Origin: Squalus acanthias
Taxonomy: Eukaryota
Length of the DNA stretch: 64,000 nucleotides
Assembly: GCA_030390025.1 (NCBI GenBank)
Contig: JASTWF010000042.1
Coordinates: 434,001-498,000 of the forward strand
Direction of reading: 5' to 3'
Positions 26,127 through 36,140 of this stretch are shown one piece after another; position 1 is the stretch's first letter, and every line of letters starts with the position of its first letter. The notes under the pieces were generated by a model. The model was not told the DNA's origin, ran no database searches, and saw only the letters and a program-made list of their open reading frames with translations. A program made the position numbers and the translations under genes.

Positions 26127-26626
26127 TGTTGGTGAAAAATGAATTCTCTCGAGTCTGTCTCAAAAAAGATCACAATTTATTTAACAGAGCGCCTGGGAGA
26201 AGAGCCATACACCCCGCGGTCTAGTGATCCACTTCTCGTATTTACAGTGTTATCGAAACTTCTTTTATACATTATAGAGTCGGAAGGCAAATCATTACAC
26301 AAAGATGTCTTCACCCAATCACATTCCCCCAGCAACAGGTGCCTAATTATAATCTGCACTTTAAGCTATATTTTTACTTCACTATCGAAACTATAAACAT
26401 CGGAATGATGTGTCACGTCTGTCTAGTCGGACTGGCTGGTCATGCGGTGATTGGTTATCAAGTTTAACCGTTGTACTATTATTATCTTAGTGGGCCTCGC
26501 AATGACGCATGTTGACCAAAGACATTACTCATCGCACTGTGTCAGCGAACCCATTTGTATTTACGAATTTACCTTTTATAGTACATTCTTTAACTTTCTT
26601 TAAGCCCTATAATTTTTACTCGAACA
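26127..26626 (-). repeat. 5' LTR (500 bp)
   Basis: Diverged direct repeat of 23153-23628 with a ~25-bp indel near 26280. Confidence 0.9.
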
Positions 26627-28323
26627 TCACGGACGTGAGCTGCTTTTAATTTTTGCGAACTTATCTACTGTATAAAAATGGAGTCTTTGATTTCGTGAAA
26701 TGAATAGTGGTGAGCATCCACTGCTGCTGCCTTCCCGTTTCCAATGGGAACAATCGCTTCAGCGATCAGTCTCCTGCCAGGCAGCCTGGATATTCTACTT
26801 CCCTTTTACCAATGTTCCAAGTGCAGCGTTCTTGCAATGAATTTCCACCTTGAACATCGCCCACAGTAGATAATCCATTCTGCAAACCATTTTGTACTCT
26901 TTCCTCAGTTTTACATTTTCATGTATAAGGTCGGACAGCTTGAAACAATTATAATTGCCAGAGGACTTCAGCTTACTTGCATCGCCCCGCACCCTGATCA
27001 TGTAACAACAATCAACCAATCACTTACAGCGGCGCGAGAACGCACATATTGACTGTGTCCAATCAGGGCCTGAGGATTGAGCTGCTCCGTTACAATCGGC
27101 TCCAGTAGGTTGCAGGACTCGTTTGTGAGCGGTTGATTTGTTGCTGTCCTGCGCCGCGGCCGAGAAGCGAGCAGTTCCTGTAATCACTTGTTTTCAGCCA
27201 AATGCTAGAGGTATGAATGTCTAATCACAAAATCTTTGACGTGAGCTAATTTGGTTGCTGTGTTTGAATGCGGTTTAGTGACTCGCACGGGACTTGTGCT
27301 TTTGTATTTCCGTGCGGTTTTCAGTGTCTGATCGCTTTACGTTTTGAGACTGAAATGAAGTGTAATGTCAGATAGAAATTTCTGCTTTATATGGCGTTCT
27401 GCCAAATTGAGGCAATTCGACACTACGAACGGGATTCAAATCGCCTTTTCTCTCGTGTGCTGCTTTTTTCCCTTTATACGGACGTGTGCGAGTCACAGAA
27501 AGTGGTTGGAGAATAAATCTGCGGCTGCATTGTATTTCCTGCTTCGTGGCCATCCAGTTAATCATTGTTTTCTGTGGTGAAATGAAATCAGCGCACTGTA
27601 CCAAGGAAGAACATCTAAATTATTTCAGGCCTTCACTGGGCGGATGCTGAGAGGGTGTTTACCCTGGCTGTGGAATCCAGAACTAGGGGGTCAAAGTTTC
27701 AGAATAAGGGGCCAGCCATTTAGGACTGAGATGAGGAGAAATGTCTTCTTTCTAAGGGTTGTGAATCTTTGGAATTCTCTAACGCAGAGGGCTGTGGCTG
27801 TTCAGTCGTTGAGTACATTCCTAATCGAGATGGATTGGACATGACGGGAATCAAGGGATATGGGGCTAGGTAGGGAAGTTTCAGTTGAGGCAGAGAATTA
27901 GCCATGATCTTATTGAATGGCGGAGCAGGCTCGAGGGCCGCATGGCCAAATGCTGCTCCTATTTCTTGTGTTCTCATGTACCGATCTTAGCCGGCTGTGG
28001 CTCGTCTGGCTTAGTTCATTAAATAAGCATCACAGTAGGAAGCAGAAGAAACTGGAAGATGGCTGCGCGGGCGAAATGCATTTTCTTCAATGGGTTGCAA
28101 AATAAATATTTTCAACGGTTAAAATTGCTTTCCCGGTTTCAAGAGCAATGTAGTGTTTCTCCTGTGGCCTAGGCATTTCCTGATGCCGTGATGTAATAAT
28201 GGGGTGAAGGGCTTGTTGTACTTTCTGCTTGAATCGTTGTTTGTTTGTAGCTTTGAATGTGTCTCAGCACAGGAACCGAAAGCCAGCAGTTAAAATGAAT
28301 CCTTTGAGACGACGTCATCATTT

Positions 28324-28404
28324 CGCAGTCCGTTGAATTGAACTTGCGCGGGGAAGCCCCAATAGATTTCGAGTCCATCGCCTTAAACACTCAGCCACGA
28401 CTAC
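28324..28404 (-). pseudogene. tRNA-Ser(CGA) pseudogene
   Basis: Same body as 22875-22955 with T-arm and acceptor-stem mutations. Confidence 0.8.
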
Positions 28405-28532
28405 CACCACTTTCGATTGGCCCCACGCAGCTTCTCATTTGCTCCAAAATCGGGGCATCTGGTCCGAACGCTCTGGTAGATAATCACTTGGGTTCCTGTG
28501 GAATAATTCGAATTGCAATGTATTTGTCGCCT

Positions 28533-28606
28533 GTCCCTGTAGCGCCATGGGCAAGCGCGATTGGTTATTAACTGAAAGGTTGGTTGTTCGAGCCCACCCA
28601 GGGACG
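28533..28606 (+). pseudogene. tRNA-Asn-body gene (anticodon position ATT), probable pseudogene
   Basis: GTCCCTGTAGCGCCATGGGCAAGCGCGATTGGTTATTAACTGAAAGGTTGGTTGTTCGAGCCCACCCAGGGACG, followed by T-runs that could act as a Pol III terminator. Confidence 0.8.
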
Positions 28607-30309
28607 TGAGCGGCTTTTAATTTTTGCATACTTAACTATTGTATAAAAATGAAGTCTTTGATTTTGTGAAATGAACAGTGGTGAGTATCCATTGCTGCTG
28701 CCTTCCTGCTTCCAATGGGAACAATCGCTTCAGCGATCAAACTCCTGCCAGGCAGCCTGGATATTCAAATTTCCCTTTTATCAATGTTCCAAGTGCAGCG
28801 TTCTTGCAATGAATATCCACCTGGAAAATCACCCACAGTAGATAATCCATTCTGAAAACCATTTTCTACTCTTTCCTCAGTTTTACACTTTCATGGATAA
28901 GATCGGAAAGCTTGAAACTATAACAATTGCCAGAGGACTTCAGCTTACTTGCATCGCCCCGCACCCTGATCATGTGACAACAACCAACCAATCACAGATA
29001 GCCGCGCGAGAACGGCCACATTGTCGGGGTCCAATCAGGGCCTGATGATTGAGCTGCTCCGTCACAATCGGGTCCAGTAGGTTGGAGGACTCGGTTGTGA
29101 GCGGATGACTTGTTCCTTTCCCTGCGCCGCGGCCGAGAAGCGAGCAGTGCCTGCAATCTCTTGCTTTCAGCCACATGCTAGAGGTATGAATGGCTAATCA
29201 CACAATCTTTGACGCGGGCTAATTTGGTTGCTGTTTTTGAATGCGGTTTAGTGACTCGCACGGGGCTTGTGGATTTCTATTTCCGTGCGGTTTTCAGTGT
29301 GCGATCGCTTCACGTTTTGACACTGAAATGAAGTGTAATGTCCGATTCAAATTGCTGCTTCATAAGGCGTTCGGCCAAATTGCGGCAATTCGACACTACG
29401 AACGCGATTCAAATCGCCTTTTCTCTCGTGTGCTGCTTTTTTCCCTTTATAAGGCCGCGTGCGAGTCACAGAAAGTGGTTGAAGAATAAATCTGCAGCTG
29501 CATTGCATTTCCTGTTGCGTGGCCATCGAGTTAATCATTGTTTTCTGTGGTGAAATGAAAACAGCACACTGTACCAAGGAAGAACATATACATTATTTCA
29601 GGGCTTCACTGGGCGGATGCTGAGAGGCTGTTGAACATGGCTGTGGAGTCCAGAACTAGGCTGTCAAAGTTTCAGAATAAGGGGCCGGCCATTTAGGACT
29701 GAGATGAGGATAAATTTCTTCACTCTAAGGGTTGTGAATCTTTGGAATTCTCTACCGCAGAGGGCAGTGGCTGTTCAGTCGTTGAGTACATTCCTAACCG
29801 AGATGGATTTGGACATGACGGGAATTAAGGGCTATGGGGCTAAGTAGGGAAGTTTCAGTTGAGGTACAGAATCAGCCATGATCTTATTGAATGGCGGAGC
29901 AGGCTCGAGGGCTGCAATTTCAAATGCTTCTCCTATTTCTTATCTTCTCATGTACCGCTCTCAGCCGGCTTTGGCTCGCCTGGCTTAGTTCATTAAATAG
30001 GAATCGCAGTAGGAAGCAGAATAAACTGGAAGGTGGCTGCGCGGGCGAAATGCATTTTCTTCAATGGGTTGCAAAATAAATATTTTCAACGGTTAAAATT
30101 GCTTTCACGGTTTGAAGAGCAATGTAGTGTTTCTCCTGGGGTCTAGGCATCTCCTGATGCCGTGATGTAATAAAGGGGTGAAGTGCTTGTTTTACTTTCT
30201 GCTTGAATCGTTGTTTGATTGTAGCTTTGAATGTATCTCGGCACAGGAACCGAAAGCTAGCAGTTGAAATGAAGTAAAAACGGGTCCTTTGGGACGACGT
30301 CAACATTTC

Positions 30310-30390
30310 CGTAGTCGGCAAGATTCGAACTTGTGCGGGAACCTCCAATGGATTTCGAGTCCATAGGCTTAACCACTCGACCACGATGTT
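30310..30390 (-). pseudogene. tRNA-Ser(CGA) pseudogene (5' acceptor strand damaged)
   Basis: CGTAGTCGGCAAGATTCGAACTTGTGCGGGAACCTCCAATGGATTTCGAGTCCATAGGCTTAACCACTCGACCACGA. Confidence 0.8.
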
Positions 30391-30508
30391 CAATTGGCCC
30401 TCGCAGTTTCTCATGTGCTGCAAAATCGGTGTCTCTGGTCTGACCCCTCTGGTATATATTCACTTGGTTTCCTGTGGAATAATTCGAATTGCTAAGTATT
30501 TTTGTATT

Positions 30509-30582
30509 GTCTCTGTGGAGCAATGGTCTAGCGTGTTCGGCTGTCAATTAATAGGTTGGTGGTTCGAGCCCACCCAGGGACA
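30509..30582 (+). pseudogene. tRNA-Asn-body gene (anticodon position GTC), probable pseudogene
   Basis: GTCTCTGTGGAGCAATGGTCTAGCGTGTTCGGCTGTCAATTAATAGGTTGGTGGTTCGAGCCCACCCAGGGACA; the anticodon stem is disrupted. Confidence 0.8.
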
Positions 30583-32442
30583 TGAGCTGCTTTTAATTTT
30601 TGCAAACTTATATATTGTATAAAAATGGAATCTTTGATTTCGTGAAATGAACAGTGGTGAGCATCCACTGCTGCTGCCTTCCTTCTTCCAATGGGAACAA
30701 TCGCTTCAGCGATCAGTCTCCTGCCAGGCAGCCTGGACAGTCTATATCCCTTTTACCAATATTACAAGTGCAGCTTTCTTGCAATGAAAATCCACCTGGA
30801 AAATCGCCAACTGTATATAATCCATTCTGAAAACACTTTTCTACGCTTTCCTCAGATTAAGTCTTTCATGGATAAGAAGTGAACGTCTTGAAGCGATATC
30901 AATTGCCAGAGGACTTCAACTGACTTGCATCGCCCTGCAAACTGAGCTGCTTTTAATTTTTGCAAACATATATTGTATAAAAATTGAATCTTTGATTTCG
31001 AGAAATGAAGGGTGGTGAGCATCCACTGCTGCTGCCTTCCTGCTTCCAATGGGAACAATCGTTTCAGAGATCAGTCTCCTGCCAGGCAGCCTGAATATAC
31101 TACTTCCCTTTTACCAATATTCCAAGTGCAGCGTACTTGCCATGAAAATCCACATGGAAAATCGCCCATAGTTGATAATCCATTCTGTAAACCATTTTCT
31201 ACTTTTTCCTCAGTCTGAAAAGAAGTGTAGTGAATGATTCAAAGTGCTGCTTCATATGTCGTTTATCCCAAAAAGGTAGTGGTGTCAGATTCAACAGTAA
31301 CATCAAAATATGGATATATTTTAGAAGAGAACTAATCTGCAGGGTTGTGGGAAAACCGCTGGGGGTGGGGGATGAAATTGGACAGCTCTTACAAAGAGCC
31401 GGCACAGGCACGGCAGGCTGAATGGCCCCTGTTGTGCTGTAATATTTTATGATTTTAACCCCTCCATTATGTTAAACACCTTAATGAGCTCGCCTGCCAG
31501 TCTACTTTTTCCTAGAGGGAAGATGCCAAATAGTTCTCGAAGACTTCCTTCTACATACCCTCTGTCTCTGTTTTCTGAGTGACGAGGCCAGAATTCTTCT
31601 CTTCACCCGCAGTTCCATCAGGTGCTCCTACTTCAGCAAAGACTTGGAACACAAAGAGAGATTAGAAGGATAAGGCTGCCAGTCCTTCTACCCCACCCAC
31701 CATCTCTCAGCCGCTTCCTCGGTCGCCCTTCCGAACATCACGGTTGGAAAGCGCATCCCATCTGCTCCTGTGTTCCAATCCGATCAACATAACAAGAATA
31801 TATTCTCAACCTGACCTGTCCAGAGAGTGAACGTTACAGTCAGACAAGGTTAAGAGAAGATTCATTCTCTATAAACAGGTGGTCACCTGGTCTCCGTGTT
31901 CAGGATGAGGATCAGATGTGGTTTAAATTCCATTAATCTGAGGAACGTGTGATTAGAAGGTCAAATATCCCCTGTTATTCTCTCCTCTTATAATTGTGGT
32001 AAATTTCTGGCTCAATGCGGCCGGAATAGTTCAGTTCAGAGAGAGCGTTTGGCGGAAGATCAAAAGATGCTGTCTTTCTTCGGAAAGTGATTACCACAAT
32101 TGGGAAAATTCTCAAATATTTCCCTCTGGAAATGATTATCTTTCTTTCTTTGTACCGTAGTTTTTTTTCTTCCCTCAGGCTCGTTCTCTCCGCTCTCACT
32201 GACTCTCTGCCACCGGTTCTCCCGCTTTTACTTGTTGTCCTCTTGCACTGTTTCCCCTCAGGCTCGCACGTTCTGCTCAAACTTGTATTTCCTGAGCGCC
32301 TTTCACGACCTCAACACCTCCCAAACGTTTTACAGCCAATGAACTATGTTCAAGTGTAGTTACTGTTGAAATGTAGGAAACGCCGCAGCATTTTGCGCAC
32401 AGCCAGCTCCCAAAAGCAACAGTGTGATATTGACCAGATACT

Positions 32443-33174
32443 GGGCCCGAAATTCGGCTCTTGCCGTGTGAGTACGTGCTGTGTACTCACCCGTAATGCC
32501 ACCTGAAGTGCCGGTTTCCCGCATGCACTGCGCATGCGCGGGAAACCGGCACTTACGTTCCCTTGGAGAAGGGGTTTCAGAAGTCGATAGCGTGCGCGGG
32601 AGATGCAGCGCGCACGCAGCGAACTTCGTTTTTTTTTCTGGTTTCTCCATAAGGGTAAGTATTGAGAATCTGCACTTTTAAAAAGGAGGCGCAAGGCCTA
32701 TTTTTAACAATGTATGTGGTTAATTAAATACAATTTAAACATTTTTTCAACAGGTTTATCATTTTAACATACTTTAAAGAAAGGTAAGTTTATTTTTAGC
32801 ACCGTTAAAAAGTATAATGAATTTTTTCAAATATGTAACTTACAGATATTTTAAAAATGTAAAGTTTTTTTTTAATATTTGAAGTTTAAGTGTGGTTTTG
32901 GGGCCGATCTCTATTCACAGATTTCACAGGTCTTCCATGTGAAATCTATGAATGAAAATGCTCTGCTCCGATTGGCTCTCCATGGCCCACGTGAGCCCAG
33001 GGAACGCTTCGAACTAACTGCGACCCTGGGTTACGCAAGCACTGCGCGCCAGCAGTTGCAAGAAGCCCAGGACCCGAAATCCTCGTGGGCCTGAAGCACA
33101 AATGCAGGCGCGGTAGGTACGTACGCGCGCGATGTTTGCACCCGCAGGAAGCCGGAGAGCCGAATTTCTGGCCA
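32443..33174. mobile_element. Non-autonomous PIF/Harbinger MITE inserted in an older SINE-like repeat
   Basis: TIRs GGGCCCGAAATTCGGCTC and GAGCCGAATTTCTGGCCA. Subterminal regions resemble both ends of the element at 58062-62627; the core is AT-rich. Confidence 0.8.
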
Positions 33175-33969
33175 TATCTGTTTTTTCTTACAGTTGCTTT
33201 AGGGATAAATATTGAATTAAATTTACAGTTGGTGTGTTCCAGCATACATCTATTTATTGGTGTTGCCCTGCGGACACGTAGGTTCTTCTGATCGAGTGTG
33301 TTGCATTATCAGAAGAGATCTTGACGTCTACGACTTTGATTTCCTTTGTTACCCTTCTTTTACTATACAAAGCCAAATTTCAAATCGTTCAATTTTAAAT
33401 GGGTGCACGATCAGAGAGACCTGGTGGAGTATGTGCACAAATTTATGAATTTGGAAGGACACGATCAGAGGGCTTTTAAAAAGCCTATAGTTTGCTTGGC
33501 TGTATCAATAGAGGAATAGAGAAGAAAAGTAAATAATTAATACTAAACGTTCATGGTATTGTCCCTCAGAAGGAATCGGGCTCATAGCGAATGCCAACCG
33601 GTTTTAAACCGCGCTCGATTGTCCTTTCCACACAGCATATATTCTGTCCTGTGCCGCAAATTTATCAGCACGTAATAGAAACAACAGTTCAATATTTAGA
33701 TGAATTCAACGCCTATTGGAATCCTCAAACCTCACCAGCTTAAATGCTGCATTAGCATACACAAGCCTAAATTTTATTTTGATTTTTCCGTTCTTTCCCC
33801 ATTCTTTTAAAAAGAGGCGACGTACCCCGGACACTGATCTAAGAGCAACTCCTATATATTTTGTCCTTCGGTAGAATGGGCACGTTCCATGTCTGAGCTC
33901 AGCCGCTGTGTGTCCGATTACAGAAGGTATAAACTTGGCCCTGACAGTGCCCTCAGTGGTCATCCACTA

Positions 33970-34685
33970 ATCAACACCTTACAACGGAGCCATTATACGG
34001 AAGGATAGGCAGAAAGTAAAAGGAGGTGGGGTAACTCTGTTGATAAAGGATGAGATCAGTACAGTAGAGAGAAATGATCTTGGCTCGGAAGAGCAAGATG
34101 TAGAATCAGTTTGGGTGGAGATAAGTCATTGTGAGGGAAATAATTCACTGGTGCAAATAGTCTGCAGGTCTCCAACATTAGCTGCACTGTAGAACAGATT
34201 ATAAATCAAGAAATATTGGTGGCTTGTAAGAAATGTACTGCAATAACCCTGGGCGACTTTAAGATTCATACAGATTGGACAAATCAGACTGGCAAAGGTA
34301 GCCTTGTTGATGAGTTCATAGAATGTATTGGGGACGCATTCTTCGAACAATAAGTGTGGAACCAACCAGGGAACAGGCTATCATAGATCTGGTAATGTCT
34401 AATGAGACTAATTAATTAATGATCTAATCGTAAAAGATCCTCTAGGGGAGAGTGATCATAACCTGAGAATTTCATATTCAGTTTCAGGGTGAGAAACTGG
34501 GGTCTGAATCTAGTGACTTAAACTTAAATAAAGGCAATTACAAAGGCATGAAGTAGACTGGGAAAATAGATTATAAGCTAAGACGGTAGATAAGTAGTGG
34601 TAGACATTTAAGGAGATATTTCATAACTCTCGACAAAGATATATTCCAGTGAGAAAGACAGTCTCTACGAGAAGGAAGAACCATC
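33970..34685 (+). mobile_element. CR1 endonuclease-region fragment
   Basis: GGGVTLLIKDEI, QDVESVWVEI and PLGESDHN motifs. Confidence 0.75.
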
Positions 34686-35794
34686 CGTTTCCAAGCAGTT
34701 ACTGGGAGCATTGCTGATGCCGATCTTTGAGGAGATTGTCTGCTCCCTGTTTTCATCAATAACATTGGAGCATCTCAAAGACAGGACCAACTTCAAAAAT
34801 ATATGGACAGGAGCAGAAAACTAATAAACTGTGCAAAATTTGAATTCCTGCCTTCCAACTCTCCTCAGTGGGAGAGAACTGAAATGAAACCTTCCGGTCT
34901 CTGATGAAATGCTTCGACACAGTTAGAAATGTTTCCGAAACCCATGATGTTCATTTGGAATATTTGAATGAAGATGTGTCAGATAATCTGTACAGCTCTG
35001 CTCCTTAAACCTCTTTCACCCTCTGCAGCCATGCGGAACAATGTCAGACTGTGACTGCGAACTCACATTTCCTGAAAGGAAAGCTGTGTGGTTAGAAGAG
35101 TAAAGTTAAAGAAATGTAGTTATAAACTTCATTCAGAATCATGCGCGATTTCACCAAGACCTAGCATTCCTTCGTTGGTTCAGCAGTTTCAGCGAGTGAG
35201 ATATTCATTCTCACAAAAAAACAGGAACTTTTGGCAAAAGAGGCTGAGTTTGACATTACTTCCTCCATTTGTTTCAGTATAAGATCGACCAGAACCGCGT
35301 CTGGAAGATAAAAGGACTGTTACAATTCACAGAACCAGTGAATCCCTTATAGGTCGTTTGCCAGAATACCTGCCCAGGAAGGAGGTCACTGAACTTCTGA
35401 ACTAAAGGTGACCCTTTACCGTTGCAGACAGAGCAACTTTCATTAGGTCACGGTTGTGTGAGATAATCACCTAATTCCGGATCTGCTTCGCATTGTGTGG
35501 GCGCCAGCGTTCATTACTGGATTGTACCTGATTGTGATGAGAAAGAGGTGATCGATTGTGGAAAATTATGGCTTCCCGAGATCACAGGGTACTGTTGGAG
35601 AATTGGTGTCCTTTTTGAAGAACTTGGAAGTTAAATTGTTGCCGAGCACAGATAGAGGAGAGCAAGATTGGCACTGGGCTTTCCTTGGTTACAGATAAAC
35701 TTTAATGGATTTGGCGAGAGTTTGCGATCAATATGGCTATGCGAGTCACGTTGTTTTAGAACAGATTAATTGAAAGCCCATCTCTCTGTTCTGA

Positions 35795-36140
35795 ATTCTT
35801 AACCGGCTAGATGCTCGGAGGATGTTTCCGCTAGGGTTCTATAACATGGGGACACAATCTCAGAAAAAGAGTCGATCATTTAGGACTGAGATGAGCAGAT
35901 ATTTCTTCACGCAAAGGTTTATGAATTTTTGGAATTCTCATCCCCAGAGGGGTGCGGATCATCAGCCGTTGAATATATTCGAGACAGATGTCCATAGATT
36001 TACGGATATTAAGGGACCCACAGAATATGGGGATAGGGCGAGAAGGTGGAGCTTAGATTAGCCATGATCTTATTGAATGGCGGAGCAAGCTCAACAGGCC
36101 GAATGGCCTACTCCTGATCCAATCGCTTATGTTCTTATGA
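35795..36140 (+). mobile_element. CR1 3' fragment
   Basis: FRTEMSRYFFTQR..NFWNS motif followed by a 3' tail. Confidence 0.75.

Larger units (their letters stand above)
23153..26626 (-). mobile_element. Endogenous retrovirus with paired LTRs; gag and most of pol deleted, env retained
   Basis: TG...CA direct repeats at 23153-23628 and 26127-26626; PBS at 26107-26124; polypurine tract at ~23629-23640; integrase tail; env motifs. Confidence 0.92.
18904..31270 (+). repeat. Degenerate tandem array of a ~1.97-kb unit carrying divergent tRNA-Ser and tRNA-Asn genes and an embedded CR1 3' fragment
   Basis: The block GTGGTGAGCATCCACTGCTGCTGCC recurs at ~20015, 26707, 28678, 30654 and 31012. tRNA-Asn starts at 28533 and 30509 give a period of 1976 bp. 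Both ends hold partial units. Confidence 0.9.

Noticed and set aside
31500-32060. Possible cytoplasmic-tail exons of the Ig receptor (ELNYS...EIYHNY; VFAEVGAPDG...)
   Set aside because: Splice signals are weak, no linking TM exon was found, and the region is ~14 kb away across an assembly gap.
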